A stretch of 64,000 bases of DNA from Kofleriaceae bacterium (GTDB taxonomy: Bacteria; Myxococcota_A; Polyangia; Haliangiales; Haliangiaceae): the NCBI GenBank assembly GCA_965215005.1, contig CBDCCZ010000012.1:32001-96000 (forward strand), given 5' to 3'. The translations under genes were made by a program, and so were the position numbers. The notes below the pieces were generated by a model. It was not told the DNA's origin. It ran no database searches and was given only the letters and a program-made list of their open reading frames with translations. Shown here piece by piece: positions 53,386-64,000 of the stretch; position 1 is the stretch's first letter, and each line of letters begins with the position of its first letter.

Positions 53386-55563
53386 TCACGGGTTGGGGCG
53401 ATTTTCGCGGGAATAGAACTGGCCACCGCCATCGGCCATCAAGATCAGCAAGTGATACTCGTCGGCGGTGAGGTCGGTGAAGCCTTGCATCTGCGCATGT
53501 GTGGCAGCGTCGAAGGCACGCACCGAGGCGTCCTCGGCCGGAAACAGCTGCATCGGGTTGAGCACCTTGAGCAATTCCGAGCCGCGGGCATCGCCGGGAC
53601 GCACGTAGTGCGGGACCTGCCCTTCGATGAGTAGTCCCGCCTCTTCGAGATCCATCATCATCGGCCCGAGCAGCGACAGGTGCGAAGCCGAGTAGCCCGC
53701 GAGCATGACCTCGCCGATGCCGTAGTCGACCTGCTGGCCGCGCAAATCGAAGGTCCAGCTCATGGACGCGCCGCTGGCGGTATCGGTGATGGTCCAGCTC
53801 GGGTTGGCCGGGCCGGCGCTGCCGTCGTGGCACGAGACGCACTTGGCGTCGAAGATGGGCTGCAGCGCAAGATCCCACGGCACGCCGATGACGTCGTCGC
53901 GGTCGTAGCGGAGCGATTGCCGCTCGGCGCGCGAGGCTCGGCTGCGCAAATCGTCGGGGCCAATGGCCACCGCCTCGGTGATGCCGGGTTGAATGACCGT
54001 GGTGCCGCTGCGCGACTCGTGGCAGCCACCGCAGAAGCGCGACTCGCCGGGCGCCCCCGAGATCCACACCGGCTCATTCGTCACCGCCATGCCGAAGCGA
54101 TCGACAGTCTGCAAGTGGACGGGAACGTTGGGGGGAATCAACGCAGCCCAGCTGCCGTCATCGCGTACCTGCGCATAGCCGAGGTGCGCGGCGCCTTCAT
54201 GCTCGGTGAGACCAAAGTCGTTGGGCACGCCCTCCTCGACCGAGAAGCCTTCCAGAATGCGAACCGCGGCAATCGAGCCCGGCGCGGGGTTGGCGATGCT
54301 CGAGGCGTAGACGTTCATCGAGCCGAGGAGGACCGCCTGATCACTGAACTGATTGCTGCCGGAGGGCTCGATGGTCGGCGGCGCCTTGCGCGCGATCAGC
54401 GGCCGAGCAAACACGTCCCAGGTCGCCGGATCGTTGTAGATCGGCCTGCGCCGCGCGTTCTTGGAGTCGTAGAGATAGATGCCGAAGTCAGCCTCGAGGC
54501 CCGCGGCTTCTAGCGTGCCCGACTCCACCGGGCCGTCGGCCCACGACACCAGCAGGTTCGGGTATTCGCGCGCATCGAGCGCGTAGGCATCATAGTAGCG
54601 GCCAATCGTCTGGGACGACGGCTCGCGCCCCAGCGGCACCTGCGGCGTGAGGATGCGATAGGAGGCGGTTGCCTCGCTCATGTTGCGGTCGGCGCGCAGC
54701 ACGCCGTCTTCAGACCACACCTGGCCGAGGCGGATGTCGAGGATCGCCCCGGACTGCAGCGTGCGATCGCGCGAGGAGCCGATGGCGATGACTCTGCCCG
54801 GCGCTACCTCGACCGCCTTGAGATACGAGTTGGTGACCCCGGTGCCCTCTTTGCCGAAGGCCTCGCGGATGGTGGTCATGTCGGGATTGCTGATGACCAG
54901 GTGGCCGGCGTTCATCTCACCCAAGTGGTCCCACTGGGTGAGCAGCACCCGGCCATCACTCATCAGGGTGGGAAAGACTCGATGCGAGAGGTTGCGAGCC
55001 CCGAGCCGCTCGCCACTGCCGTCGCGACCGATGACGCCCATCTGGGTGGTGGTGCCGCGCTCGTATTCGTCGCGGTGCTGCGGCGCGCCGGGCTCGGAGA
55101 CGGCGTTGGTCATGAAGAGGATGCGGTCTCCCGGCAGGAAGATCGGGTAGACGTAGTCGCGATTGGGATCGGTGGGCAACTGCTCGACCGAGTCGTTATC
55201 GAGCGAGTAGACGAACAAGCCATAGGCTTGGTCGCCCGACAGCCGCGCCGAGAAGACGATCTCGCGGGCATCGAAGGAAATGTCGTAGGAGCCGATGTCG
55301 GCCTCAGCCAGCTCTGGGCCTTTGTCATCGCAACAGAGCACGGTGAGCTCGCCGTCGGCGGTGGGCGGGCTCAGCATCACCAGCTGGGCGCCGGGGATGT
55401 AGGAGCTGTACTGAAAGATGTCGCCGACGCCGCTGCGAGGTTGGCGCTTGATGAACACCACCGCCTCCACGCCTGCGAGCGAATCGCTCGACGACGAGCC
55501 GCACCCGGCCCCGAGGCCAACGCCCACTGCAACACCCACGGCGATTAGAATCTGGTTGCGCAT
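53386..55563 (-). CDS. HzsA-like beta-propeller/heme-c lipoprotein
   Basis: Lipobox GAGC; ISFDAREIVFS, PIFLPGDRILF, DGRVLLTQWDH, DGSWAALIPPNVPVHLQ, CGGCHE, CVSCHD; RBS AAGGAGG. Confidence 0.8.
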   Translation of the reverse strand: MRNQILIAVGVAVGVGLGAGCGSSSSDSLAGVEAVVFIKRQPRSGVGDIFQYSSYIPGAQLVMLSPPTADGELTVLCCDDKGPELAEADIGSYDISFDAREIVFSARLSGDQAYGLFVYSLDNDSVEQLPTDPNRDYVYPIFLPGDRILFMTNAVSEPGAPQHRDEYERGTTTQMGVIGRDGSGERLGARNLSHRVFPTLMSDGRVLLTQWDHLGEMNAGHLVISNPDMTTIREAFGKEGTGVTNSYLKAVEVAPGRVIAIGSSRDRTLQSGAILDIRLGQVWSEDGVLRADRNMSEATASYRILTPQVPLGREPSSQTIGRYYDAYALDAREYPNLLVSWADGPVESGTLEAAGLEADFGIYLYDSKNARRRPIYNDPATWDVFARPLIARKAPPTIEPSGSNQFSDQAVLLGSMNVYASSIANPAPGSIAAVRILEGFSVEEGVPNDFGLTEHEGAAHLGYAQVRDDGSWAALIPPNVPVHLQTVDRFGMAVTNEPVWISGAPGESRFCGGCHESRSGTTVIQPGITEAVAIGPDDLRSRASRAERQSLRYDRDDVIGVPWDLALQPIFDAKCVSCHDGSAGPANPSWTITDTASGASMSWTFDLRGQQVDYGIGEVMLAGYSASHLSLLGPMMMDLEEAGLLIEGQVPHYVRPGDARGSELLKVLNPMQLFPAEDASVRAFDAATHAQMQGFTDLTADEYHLLILMADGGGQFYSRENRPNP

Positions 55564-55589
55564 CCCCTGGCCTCCTTCGCTCGACCCTT

Positions 55590-55605
55590 CGCAAGTTCAG
55601 TGCCA
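55590..55605 (-). promoter_or_regulatory. putative sigma54 promoter of HzsA-like operon
   Basis: Minus strand TGGCAC-TGAAC-TTGCG, consensus match. Confidence 0.68.
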
Positions 55606-55703
55606 CGCTCAAAGCCGCGCGAAGACGCCAGCTGCCGTGCTTCGCGGGGGCCGCAAGCCGCGGCGCTGTTTCGCCATCGGGGGCAACAGGCCACGCGCAC
55701 GCC

Positions 55704-58298
<2,595 letters not shown>

Positions 58299-58357
58299 CG
58301 ACGAGGTGTACCAGGGCGCTGTGACGGGCGGCAACGGCGCCGCCGGTAGCATGAGCG

Positions 58358-59101
58358 CTAGCGAACGCGGGTCACGTACGCGATGACGTGCTGCTGGTCT
58401 TCGAAGCGCTCTTTGCCGCGCAGCGCATCATCGTAGCTCGCGTAGTGCCCGAGGCGAACGCGATACCAGGTGCCCTTGTCCTGCACCTCCGCCTCGACCA
58501 TGTACACCCTCCAGCCCGCCTGCTTCATCTCGGCCACAAACGCATCGGCCTCGCCGCGATCCTGGAACGAAGAAAGCTGCAGGGTGAACTTGGCCTCCGC
58601 GGCAGGCGCTTCGCGCGCTGGCGCGATGAGCGCGGGCTTGGCCGGCGTGGCCGCGGGCTTGACCGGGGCGCTCACCGGCTTGGCGGCGGCGGGCGCGGGC
58701 GCGGGATGCTCTGGCTCGGCGGCCGCGGCCTCATCGGCACCGCGGTCGCTCACGGCTGCCAAGGCTTGCTCGCTGGCGGCTCGCTGGCGCGCCGCCGCGG
58801 TGAGCTCGGCATCCACCTCCTCGAGGTCGTGACCTTCTGTGAGTGCAGCGGGAAACGTCAGCGCGGGGCGCTGCTCGTCGACGCTGAGCTGGTCGAGCGC
58901 GGCGAGAGGATCGAGCGCCGCGTTGGTCGCAGCGCTCGCTTCCAAATGGGCACGCGCTTCGACGCGCTTGCCGACCATCACCCCGAGGACGAACACCAGG
59001 CTCGCGATGATGGCGCCGCCAAAGAAGAGATAAAAGATCTGGCGGCCGTCGAGGCTGACCTCGATTTTGTCTTTGAACAGCTCGGTGTCGGCGGTGCGCA
59101 T
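58358..59101 (-). CDS. SPOR domain protein (FtsN/DedD-like)
   Basis: N-terminal TM, Pro/Ala linker, FTLQLSSF...WYRVRLG; RBS GGGAGG. Confidence 0.88.
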   Translation of the reverse strand: MRTADTELFKDKIEVSLDGRQIFYLFFGGAIIASLVFVLGVMVGKRVEARAHLEASAATNAALDPLAALDQLSVDEQRPALTFPAALTEGHDLEEVDAELTAAARQRAASEQALAAVSDRGADEAAAAEPEHPAPAPAAAKPVSAPVKPAATPAKPALIAPAREAPAAEAKFTLQLSSFQDRGEADAFVAEMKQAGWRVYMVEAEVQDKGTWYRVRLGHYASYDDALRGKERFEDQQHVIAYVTRVR

Positions 59102-59207
59102 GAAAACCTCCCGTCGTGTAGGACTATCACCCACACATGAGCCGGGCAAACAAACGGCTCCGATCATTGTCGCCCGCGCCGCCGAGTGCGGGCAGCATTT
59201 GCCGGCG

Positions 59208-62200
59208 TTAGCGCAGCGCGGGCGGCGAGACCTGCGGAATCGCCGGATTGAGCCGGTAGACCCCGCCGGCGGCGCTCGCCCTGCCCGCCTCTAAATCTCC
59301 GGCATCCAGGATCCAGAGCCGATTGTCCGGGCCGCGCTCGATGGCCACCGGCAACACCGCCGTCAGCCCCGAGACCATGGGCAAAAACCCGCCCACCACG
59401 TTGAAGCTGATGCGGTAGCCGGGGTACACGGTGCGAAATGGCGGCAGCTCCGCCGGCTCCGGGCGCGGGCACACCGCCTCTGCCGTGGTGTACGGATCGA
59501 CCAGCGTGAGCTGCAGCGACGGGTTTTCGTAGCGTAGGGCCGGGACGTCCTGCCGTACGCGGAATTCGCTGGGCACCGGCTCATCGGGATCATCGGGACA
59601 CATGCCCCCGGGAAGCGCCGGAGCTTGCTCGGCCTGCGCGACCGTGGTCATGCACGGATTGGGCGTGGGAATGGGCCCGAGATCTTCACAGCTCGGCGCC
59701 TCGAGCGGCAAGCGAGAGGTTAACAGCGAACTGCCATTGGGATCGTCGACGCAGGTGCCGGTGACCGGGTCGACGACGGTGTCGTGCAGAAATCCCTGCA
59801 CTGAGCCGATCACCGCAAACGCCTCACCGGCCCGAACCGCATAGCGCTGCAGCGTCTCGACGCACTCTGGGCGTGGCAACACACCCTCGACGCAGAAGCC
59901 GCCCGAGCAGGCCCAGCCATCCTCGCAATCGGCGGTGGCCTCACACGTCATCAAGCAGGTATCGCTACTCGTGGCGCGGGTCGGGTCCGCGGCGCAGGTC
60001 CAAGCAAACTCGTCATCATTGCGCTGCTCGGGATCGGCGAGCGCGGCTTCCACCGCGGCCAGCTGGGTGCACTGCGCCTCGCTCTGGCAGCCGCCAATCG
60101 GCGTGGTGCGCAGGACGCGCCGGCGCTCGCCGAGGACCAGGCGATCGGGAAACACCTCGCGAACCGTATAGCGGCGGCGGGTGGTGAGAACGTCACCACA
60201 GCCAGCGGCGAGCGCATCCGCGCGGCCACTCGGCAGACACAGACCGCTCGCGACGGTCGCGAGAGGATCGACGTAGCAGGTCTGGCCGAGCCCGCACTGC
60301 GCATCGCCTTGATTGGGATCGCACCCGAGCAGCTGCAAGATGTCGAACGGCCGCGCCCCCATGTTGCAGAACGGCGAGCTCGGGTCTTCGATGACGGTGT
60401 CGGCGAGCTGCCGACTCACGAAACCGGCGCGCACCTGCGGCCCGTCGACGTTGCGCGCGGCGTCGTCGAGGGAGATGGTGCCTTCCCACGTGAGCACCCA
60501 CTCCTGCTCGCGCGGCACCGCCGCGAGATCGGGATAAGCTGCCGCGCGCACCGCCGCGTCAGCCTGATACGCCAAGTCGGGAACCGCCAACGGAATGCGC
60601 TCGCCGCCATCGCCGTCCGGCAGGCACTCTTGCGCATGGAGCGAGGGCAGCGCCAACTCGTTGAGCTCATCGACCAGATCGATGCTGCGGACCCGCTGGG
60701 GCGCCGTCGCCAGATGGGGGCCCAGCTCCGCGCTAGTGGGATAGGTACAGAGCCGTTTCTCCCCATCAAACGAGAGCATCGAGCGGTCGGCGCCGGCATC
60801 GCGCACCTGGTGCGGCAGCGCCAAGCTCCAGTATGCCTGTAGCGGCTCAGCGGGCGTCTCGAAGTCGGGATAGCGATCATCGTCGACGTTGATGACCACC
60901 ACGCCGCCCGCGCTGCTGGTCGCATAGGCAAAGGTGCCGACGAAAATTCCGGCCTGAGGCGGCGCGGCGGCTAGGTTGTCGTCGGCATCAACCTCGGTGT
61001 CTCCGTTCACGTCGCGCGCTGGATTATCGCTCAAATCGAGCGTCACAAACGCCAGATCCAGCGGCACCGCGTCCCCGGGAAGCCGGATTCCTGGCGACGA
61101 GGCCAGCGCGCGGCGCGGCGGCGTCTGCTCGCCGCCAACCGGCAAGCACGCCAGCTGTGCGGCATCACGGATGCCGGTGAGGTAGCGCGGGTCGACCTGG
61201 GTGTCGCACTCCGCCAGCAGCGTGCGCACCTCGATCACGCGAATCGTGCCATCGGTGGCGAGGGCATAGACGAACTGAAACTCACCGGCCGACGTCGTGG
61301 AGGTGATACTGCCGCCCATGGCGACGACGGGCGAGAGGTGAACCTGCTCGATGCCTACCCGCCCCTCGAGCTCGACCCGCTGCGACGACACCGGCAAGCC
61401 GGCCGTATCGAGCTCGACGATCGTGAGACCCGGGCGATTCTCCGAGCCGATGAATAGCCGCTGACCGCTGTCATCAAGGGTCACGGTAACCGGCCGCTCG
61501 GGTCCGGTGGTATCTACTTGCCCGGCGAAAGCAATGGGAACCGCGGCGTCGCCGCACTCGTTTTCACAGGCCAGCTCCGCGGTCAGCTCAACGGTGCCGT
61601 CGTCGCCAAACGCCACGCCACCCACCACGTCACCCGTGGCGATATCAACCACCGCGACCGAGCTGCAGCCGGGATAGGCGACGTAGGCCAGTCCCTGGGC
61701 GGTGGCTGGGCACTCCACGCCCACCTCCCCAGCGGCGGGCGAGCCGACCATGGCCCGGGGCCGTGCGAACAGCGGCTGGCCCGCCGCGCGGACGGTGCGA
61801 CGCTCGACCACCGGCAACACGCGGGGATCGACGGCCGAGGCGACATCGATAACCGACAAGTCGCAGCTGCCGGCGTTGGCAGCGACGACGTGGCAACCAC
61901 TGGGCGAGGTAATCAGATCGACCGGCAGCGATCCGATGACGACCGCATTCTTACCCGGCGCGAGAGGATCCGCGTCTAGCACCAGCGAGACCGTCTCGCC
62001 CACGCCAATCGCGGTGCGGACCACGGCCATCGAGCCCGAGTCCTGCTGCAACACGAAGCTATAGAAGGAAGGGTCGTCCGGCGCGCTGCTACCAATGGCG
62101 CCCTGCCCGGGCGGGTCCGCGGGTCGGGCGCTCTCTCCGGAGCCGGTGGACTGGAGCCGTGCTTGGCAGGCGCTCAGCGGCTGTGCGCTAGCGACGATGG

Positions 62201-62378
62201 GGTCGGAGGCCGCACCGGTCTCGCTGCTGGTGATGCGCAGCTCGCCGTAGCAAGCAAACGTGATGGCGCTCGGGCGCTCAATGCTCTGCGACACGAGCGC
62301 CTGGTCATCGTCGGAGCACGCGCTTAGCCCCGCGCCACTCCCGAGGATGAACACCGCCACAACAACTACGCGCTGCAT
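59208..62378 (-). CDS. large Cys-rich lipoprotein with propeller-like repeats (hypothetical)
   Basis: Lipobox [31 protein letters not shown]; Cys cluster [18 protein letters not shown]. Confidence 0.75.
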   Translation of the reverse strand: MQRVVVVAVFILGSGAGLSACSDDDQALVSQSIERPSAITFACYGELRITSSETGAASDPIVASAQPLSACQARLQSTGSGESARPADPPGQGAIGSSAPDDPSFYSFVLQQDSGSMAVVRTAIGVGETVSLVLDADPLAPGKNAVVIGSLPVDLITSPSGCHVVAANAGSCDLSVIDVASAVDPRVLPVVERRTVRAAGQPLFARPRAMVGSPAAGEVGVECPATAQGLAYVAYPGCSSVAVVDIATGDVVGGVAFGDDGTVELTAELACENECGDAAVPIAFAGQVDTTGPERPVTVTLDDSGQRLFIGSENRPGLTIVELDTAGLPVSSQRVELEGRVGIEQVHLSPVVAMGGSITSTTSAGEFQFVYALATDGTIRVIEVRTLLAECDTQVDPRYLTGIRDAAQLACLPVGGEQTPPRRALASSPGIRLPGDAVPLDLAFVTLDLSDNPARDVNGDTEVDADDNLAAAPPQAGIFVGTFAYATSSAGGVVVINVDDDRYPDFETPAEPLQAYWSLALPHQVRDAGADRSMLSFDGEKRLCTYPTSAELGPHLATAPQRVRSIDLVDELNELALPSLHAQECLPDGDGGERIPLAVPDLAYQADAAVRAAAYPDLAAVPREQEWVLTWEGTISLDDAARNVDGPQVRAGFVSRQLADTVIEDPSSPFCNMGARPFDILQLLGCDPNQGDAQCGLGQTCYVDPLATVASGLCLPSGRADALAAGCGDVLTTRRRYTVREVFPDRLVLGERRRVLRTTPIGGCQSEAQCTQLAAVEAALADPEQRNDDEFAWTCAADPTRATSSDTCLMTCEATADCEDGWACSGGFCVEGVLPRPECVETLQRYAVRAGEAFAVIGSVQGFLHDTVVDPVTGTCVDDPNGSSLLTSRLPLEAPSCEDLGPIPTPNPCMTTVAQAEQAPALPGGMCPDDPDEPVPSEFRVRQDVPALRYENPSLQLTLVDPYTTAEAVCPRPEPAELPPFRTVYPGYRISFNVVGGFLPMVSGLTAVLPVAIERGPDNRLWILDAGDLEAGRASAAGGVYRLNPAIPQVSPPALR

Positions 62379-62379
62379 A

Positions 62380-63714
62380 TCACTCGTCTCCTAGCGGCCG
62401 TGGTCGACCCAGGCGCATCACCAGACGGTTCTCGGTGGCAGCACCGGGCGCGAGATCGACGACCGCGATCGTGTCTTCGAGAAAATTGGCGACGTACAGC
62501 AGCTGCTGCTCCGGCGCGACGACCATGGAGTTGGGCCCCCGCCCGACGTCGATGATCGCCAGCAAACTGCTCGCGACGGGGTCGATCACCCAGACCTGCC
62601 CCGACGGATAACAGCTCACGTACACCCGCGGTCCTTCGCCGAGCTCGGCCACGACCAAGGTGGAAGCCTCGCTGCATACTTCGACGGCGCTGACGAGCTC
62701 GTTGCGCGGAAATCCGTCTTCGGCAAGGGTGGTGTCGTACGTCTGCACGGTGGCCGGGCTGAGACCAAGGAAGTGAGCACGGCCACCGTCGCTGGTGAAG
62801 GCGATGGCGCGCGTGTCGATGGAGGAGCGGACGGCATCGAGAAAGAAGAAGTTGCTGCGGACCAGAATCGGCAGGCCGCTCGGTGGCCGGCGCACGGTCA
62901 ACATCTGGATGCGATTCTCCGACCGGCTGGTGACGTAGAGCAGCGTCTGCTCCTCGCCCGGCCGCCGCCCTGCCACTGCCACCGCGCCGCGGATCGTGCT
63001 GCTCTGGCTTGCAAACAGCCCGCCGAGCTCATCGGAGATCACCGGCGGCGCGCCATCGCGAGGCGCCTCTACGAGCGAGACGGTGGCGTTGGAGAGGTGG
63101 GTAACGACCGCATAGCCGCCGGTTGGGTCGACATAGAGGCCAAATGGCTCGCGCTCGAGCACCGGCAGCTCGAGGTCGCCGCGCAGGCGGCTGAGGCGAT
63201 GGTCGTCATCGCAGAGGGGCGCGCGGCCGGTGCCGCCGCACGACAGGTCCCCGGCCTGCGGGTCGTAGTCGAGATAGGTGATCGAGGGGTCGCCGCGAAC
63301 GGCCGCAAACAGCCGCAGCAAGCCCGAATCTAGCGACTGCACCGCGAGCGCGGTGGCGAAGTTGCCGGTTCGCACGGTGGCATCGGCAGCGATGAACGAG
63401 GCCTCGTCGCATTCGAGCACCGCCGGCGTCTCGTCCACCGCGCTGCAGCCCTGGGCCACCTGCTCGCCGTCGACCCAACCGCGCACGACGTCCCGGACCC
63501 GCTCGAGCGGAATCACGGTGATGGTGCCGGAGTCGTAGCGGAGGTCCGAGTTGGCGTTGGCCACGAACAACACAGAGCCGTCGGGCGCCATCGTCAGGCC
63601 GGTGGGAAAGAACAGCTCGTCAATCGGCGGCCGAACCTCTTCCCCCGCGGCGGGACACCCCATGACGAGCGCGGCTATCGAGCTTAGACAAAGGCTAATT
63701 AAGAAGCGGGACAT
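62380..63714 (-). CDS. YncE/YVTN-like beta-propeller lipoprotein
   Basis: Lipobox VMGC; PDGSVLFVANAN, VGRGPNSM, LYVANFLEDTIAVVD. Confidence 0.78.
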   Translation of the reverse strand: MSRFLISLCLSSIAALVMGCPAAGEEVRPPIDELFFPTGLTMAPDGSVLFVANANSDLRYDSGTITVIPLERVRDVVRGWVDGEQVAQGCSAVDETPAVLECDEASFIAADATVRTGNFATALAVQSLDSGLLRLFAAVRGDPSITYLDYDPQAGDLSCGGTGRAPLCDDDHRLSRLRGDLELPVLEREPFGLYVDPTGGYAVVTHLSNATVSLVEAPRDGAPPVISDELGGLFASQSSTIRGAVAVAGRRPGEEQTLLYVTSRSENRIQMLTVRRPPSGLPILVRSNFFFLDAVRSSIDTRAIAFTSDGGRAHFLGLSPATVQTYDTTLAEDGFPRNELVSAVEVCSEASTLVVAELGEGPRVYVSCYPSGQVWVIDPVASSLLAIIDVGRGPNSMVVAPEQQLLYVANFLEDTIAVVDLAPGAATENRLVMRLGRPRPLGDE

Positions 63715-63773
63715 TCGCTCACCAGGGCTTGGACTCGATGATCAAAAGGGAGGTTGCCCAGCGCGGGCCAAGG

Positions 63774-64000
<227 letters not shown>

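Noticed and set aside
53372..54067. N-terminal extension of the HEAT ORF in the track
   Set aside because: Overlaps the upstream gene out of frame; ATG 53371 gives a clean signal peptide
49535..55563. Anammox hydrazine synthase
   Set aside because: No recognisable hzsB/hzsC and the genomic context is myxobacterial; only HzsA-like architecture is supported

Overview
GC-rich bacterial chromosome segment. Gene content points to a myxobacterium (Myxococcota; inference from eukaryote-like Ser/Thr kinases, an MXAN_5187-like protein, many lipoproteins and sigma54-type promoters). It holds about 45 CDSs, a complete minus-strand rRNA operon (16S, tRNA-Ala, 23S, 5S), tRNA-Lys and tRNA-Glu, and an intact IS66 element with inverted repeats and an 8-bp target duplication. 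Housekeeping genes include infC, zapA, fau, rny, tyrS, mutS and the end of ppdK; a cNMP/thioredoxin-reductase gene is frameshifted. The most interesting parts are three. (1) A lipoprotein with protein-kinase catalytic motifs is co-transcribed with an Omp85 barrel and sits opposite a secreted purple-acid-type phosphatase, a candidate extracytoplasmic phosphorylation module. (2) A sigma54-preceded operon encodes two HzsA-like heme-c/propeller lipoproteins and a secreted HEAT protein. (3) A 56-aa YjfB-like ORF missed by the ORF track sits behind a sigma28-type promoter. Family names come from motif recognition only; no database searches were run.
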